A stretch of DNA of 64,000 bases, from NCBI GenBank assembly GCA_964016885.1, contig CAXHJY010001129.1, positions 1-64,000 of the forward strand, read 5' to 3'. The notes below the pieces were generated by a model. That model saw only the letters and a list, made by a program, of their open reading frames with translations. It did not search any database and had not been told where the DNA came from. Shown here piece after piece: positions 63,105-64,000 of this stretch. Numbering within the stretch: the first letter of the stretch is position 1; the number at the start of each line of letters is the position of its first letter. The position numbers and the translations under genes are program-made. The DNA comes from Eledone cirrhosa (taxonomy: Eukaryota).

Positions 63105-63619
63105 GTAAGTCACACCTTTAATTAGTTTGCATCCCTGGACCAGCACACACACACACACTCCCACATGCTCTCTCAATCCTTCCCCCACCCTGGACCACTT
63201 TGTCCTCATCATAGACCCCTCACCTCACCCCAGATCACCTTGTCATCTCCAACGGAGGACCCTTTAGTTGTGTCAAAGACATGAAAACCCCCTTAGTGTT
63301 GGTGATCTACATACGCCCAGTACACTCTGTAAAGTGGTTGGCGATAGGAAGGGCATCCAGCTGTAGAAAGCTTGCCAAACAAAAGGTTAGGTGCACCCTT
63401 CAGTTGTGTGAAGCCCATGACAACTTCTCTGCATTTGGTAGAATGTATGACTATACTTAAGCTAAATATTGACCTACTTGACCTGTCAGGGAGGTCAATA
63501 GTCTCGCTCCAGTAATGACTTGATCAATGTAGACATGTCCAAATTTTTAAATGCTAAATGTTTAACCTTTTCAGTTCCATAGACAAGGCAACTTGTCCTA
63601 ACATGTATGAACTTGTTTC

Positions 63620-64000
63620 TAACAGTTCATAACTCCAAAGTTATGAATTCGTTTCCAACAGTTCATAACTCCAAAGTTATGAACTCGTTTCCAACAGTTC
63701 ATAACTCCAAAGTTATGAACTCGTTTCCAACAGTTCATAACTCCAAAGTTATGAATTCGTTTCCAACAGTTCATAACTCCAAAGTTAGTAACTCGTTTCC
63801 AACAGTTCATAACTCCAAAGTTAGTAACTCGTTTCCAACAGTTCATAACTCCAAAGTTAGTAACTCGTTTCCAACAGTTCATAACTCCAAAGTTATGAAC
63901 TCGTTTCCAACAGTTCATAACTCCAAAGTTAGTAACTCGTTTCCAACAGTTCATAACTCCAAAGTTATGAACTCGTTTCCAACAGTTCATAACTCCAAAG
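63620..64000. repeat. 36-bp hairpin-containing minisatellite, running off the window
   Basis: aacagttcataactccaaagttatgaactcgtttcc. Confidence 0.95.

Noticed and set aside
63620-64000. CRISPR-like 36-bp palindromic repeats (also the 43-, 49- and 51-bp arrays)
   Set aside because: Head-to-tail units without unique spacers, no cas genes, eukaryotic context.

Overview
Repeat-saturated eukaryotic animal DNA. The SINE/LINE repertoire and (TA)n load suggest a coleoid cephalopod, probably octopod (inference). One host gene is readable on the + strand: a Delta-like Notch-ligand-type gene (C2/MNNL - DSL - 8 EGF - P/T-rich stalk, no DOS motif). It was reconstructed by hand from 8 phase-compatible exons (40871-63104), includes a probable GC-AG intron, and runs off the right end. 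The rest is a near-full-length RTE LINE with one frameshift, truncated copies of three LINE families, two tRNA-derived SINE families, a shattered Penelope-like RT remnant, minisatellites and microsatellites. The most striking non-coding signal is about 13 minimal type-I hammerhead-ribozyme motifs, plus 2 variant-core ones. Most sit in divergent inverted-repeat cassettes resembling Penelope pseudo-LTRs, and several lie in sense orientation in the Delta-like introns. A second signal is recurrent tandem amplification of short internal segments in four retroelement families. Almost all ORFs in the supplied track are artefacts of low-complexity or repeat DNA. Repeat boundaries and copy numbers were read by eye and are approximate.
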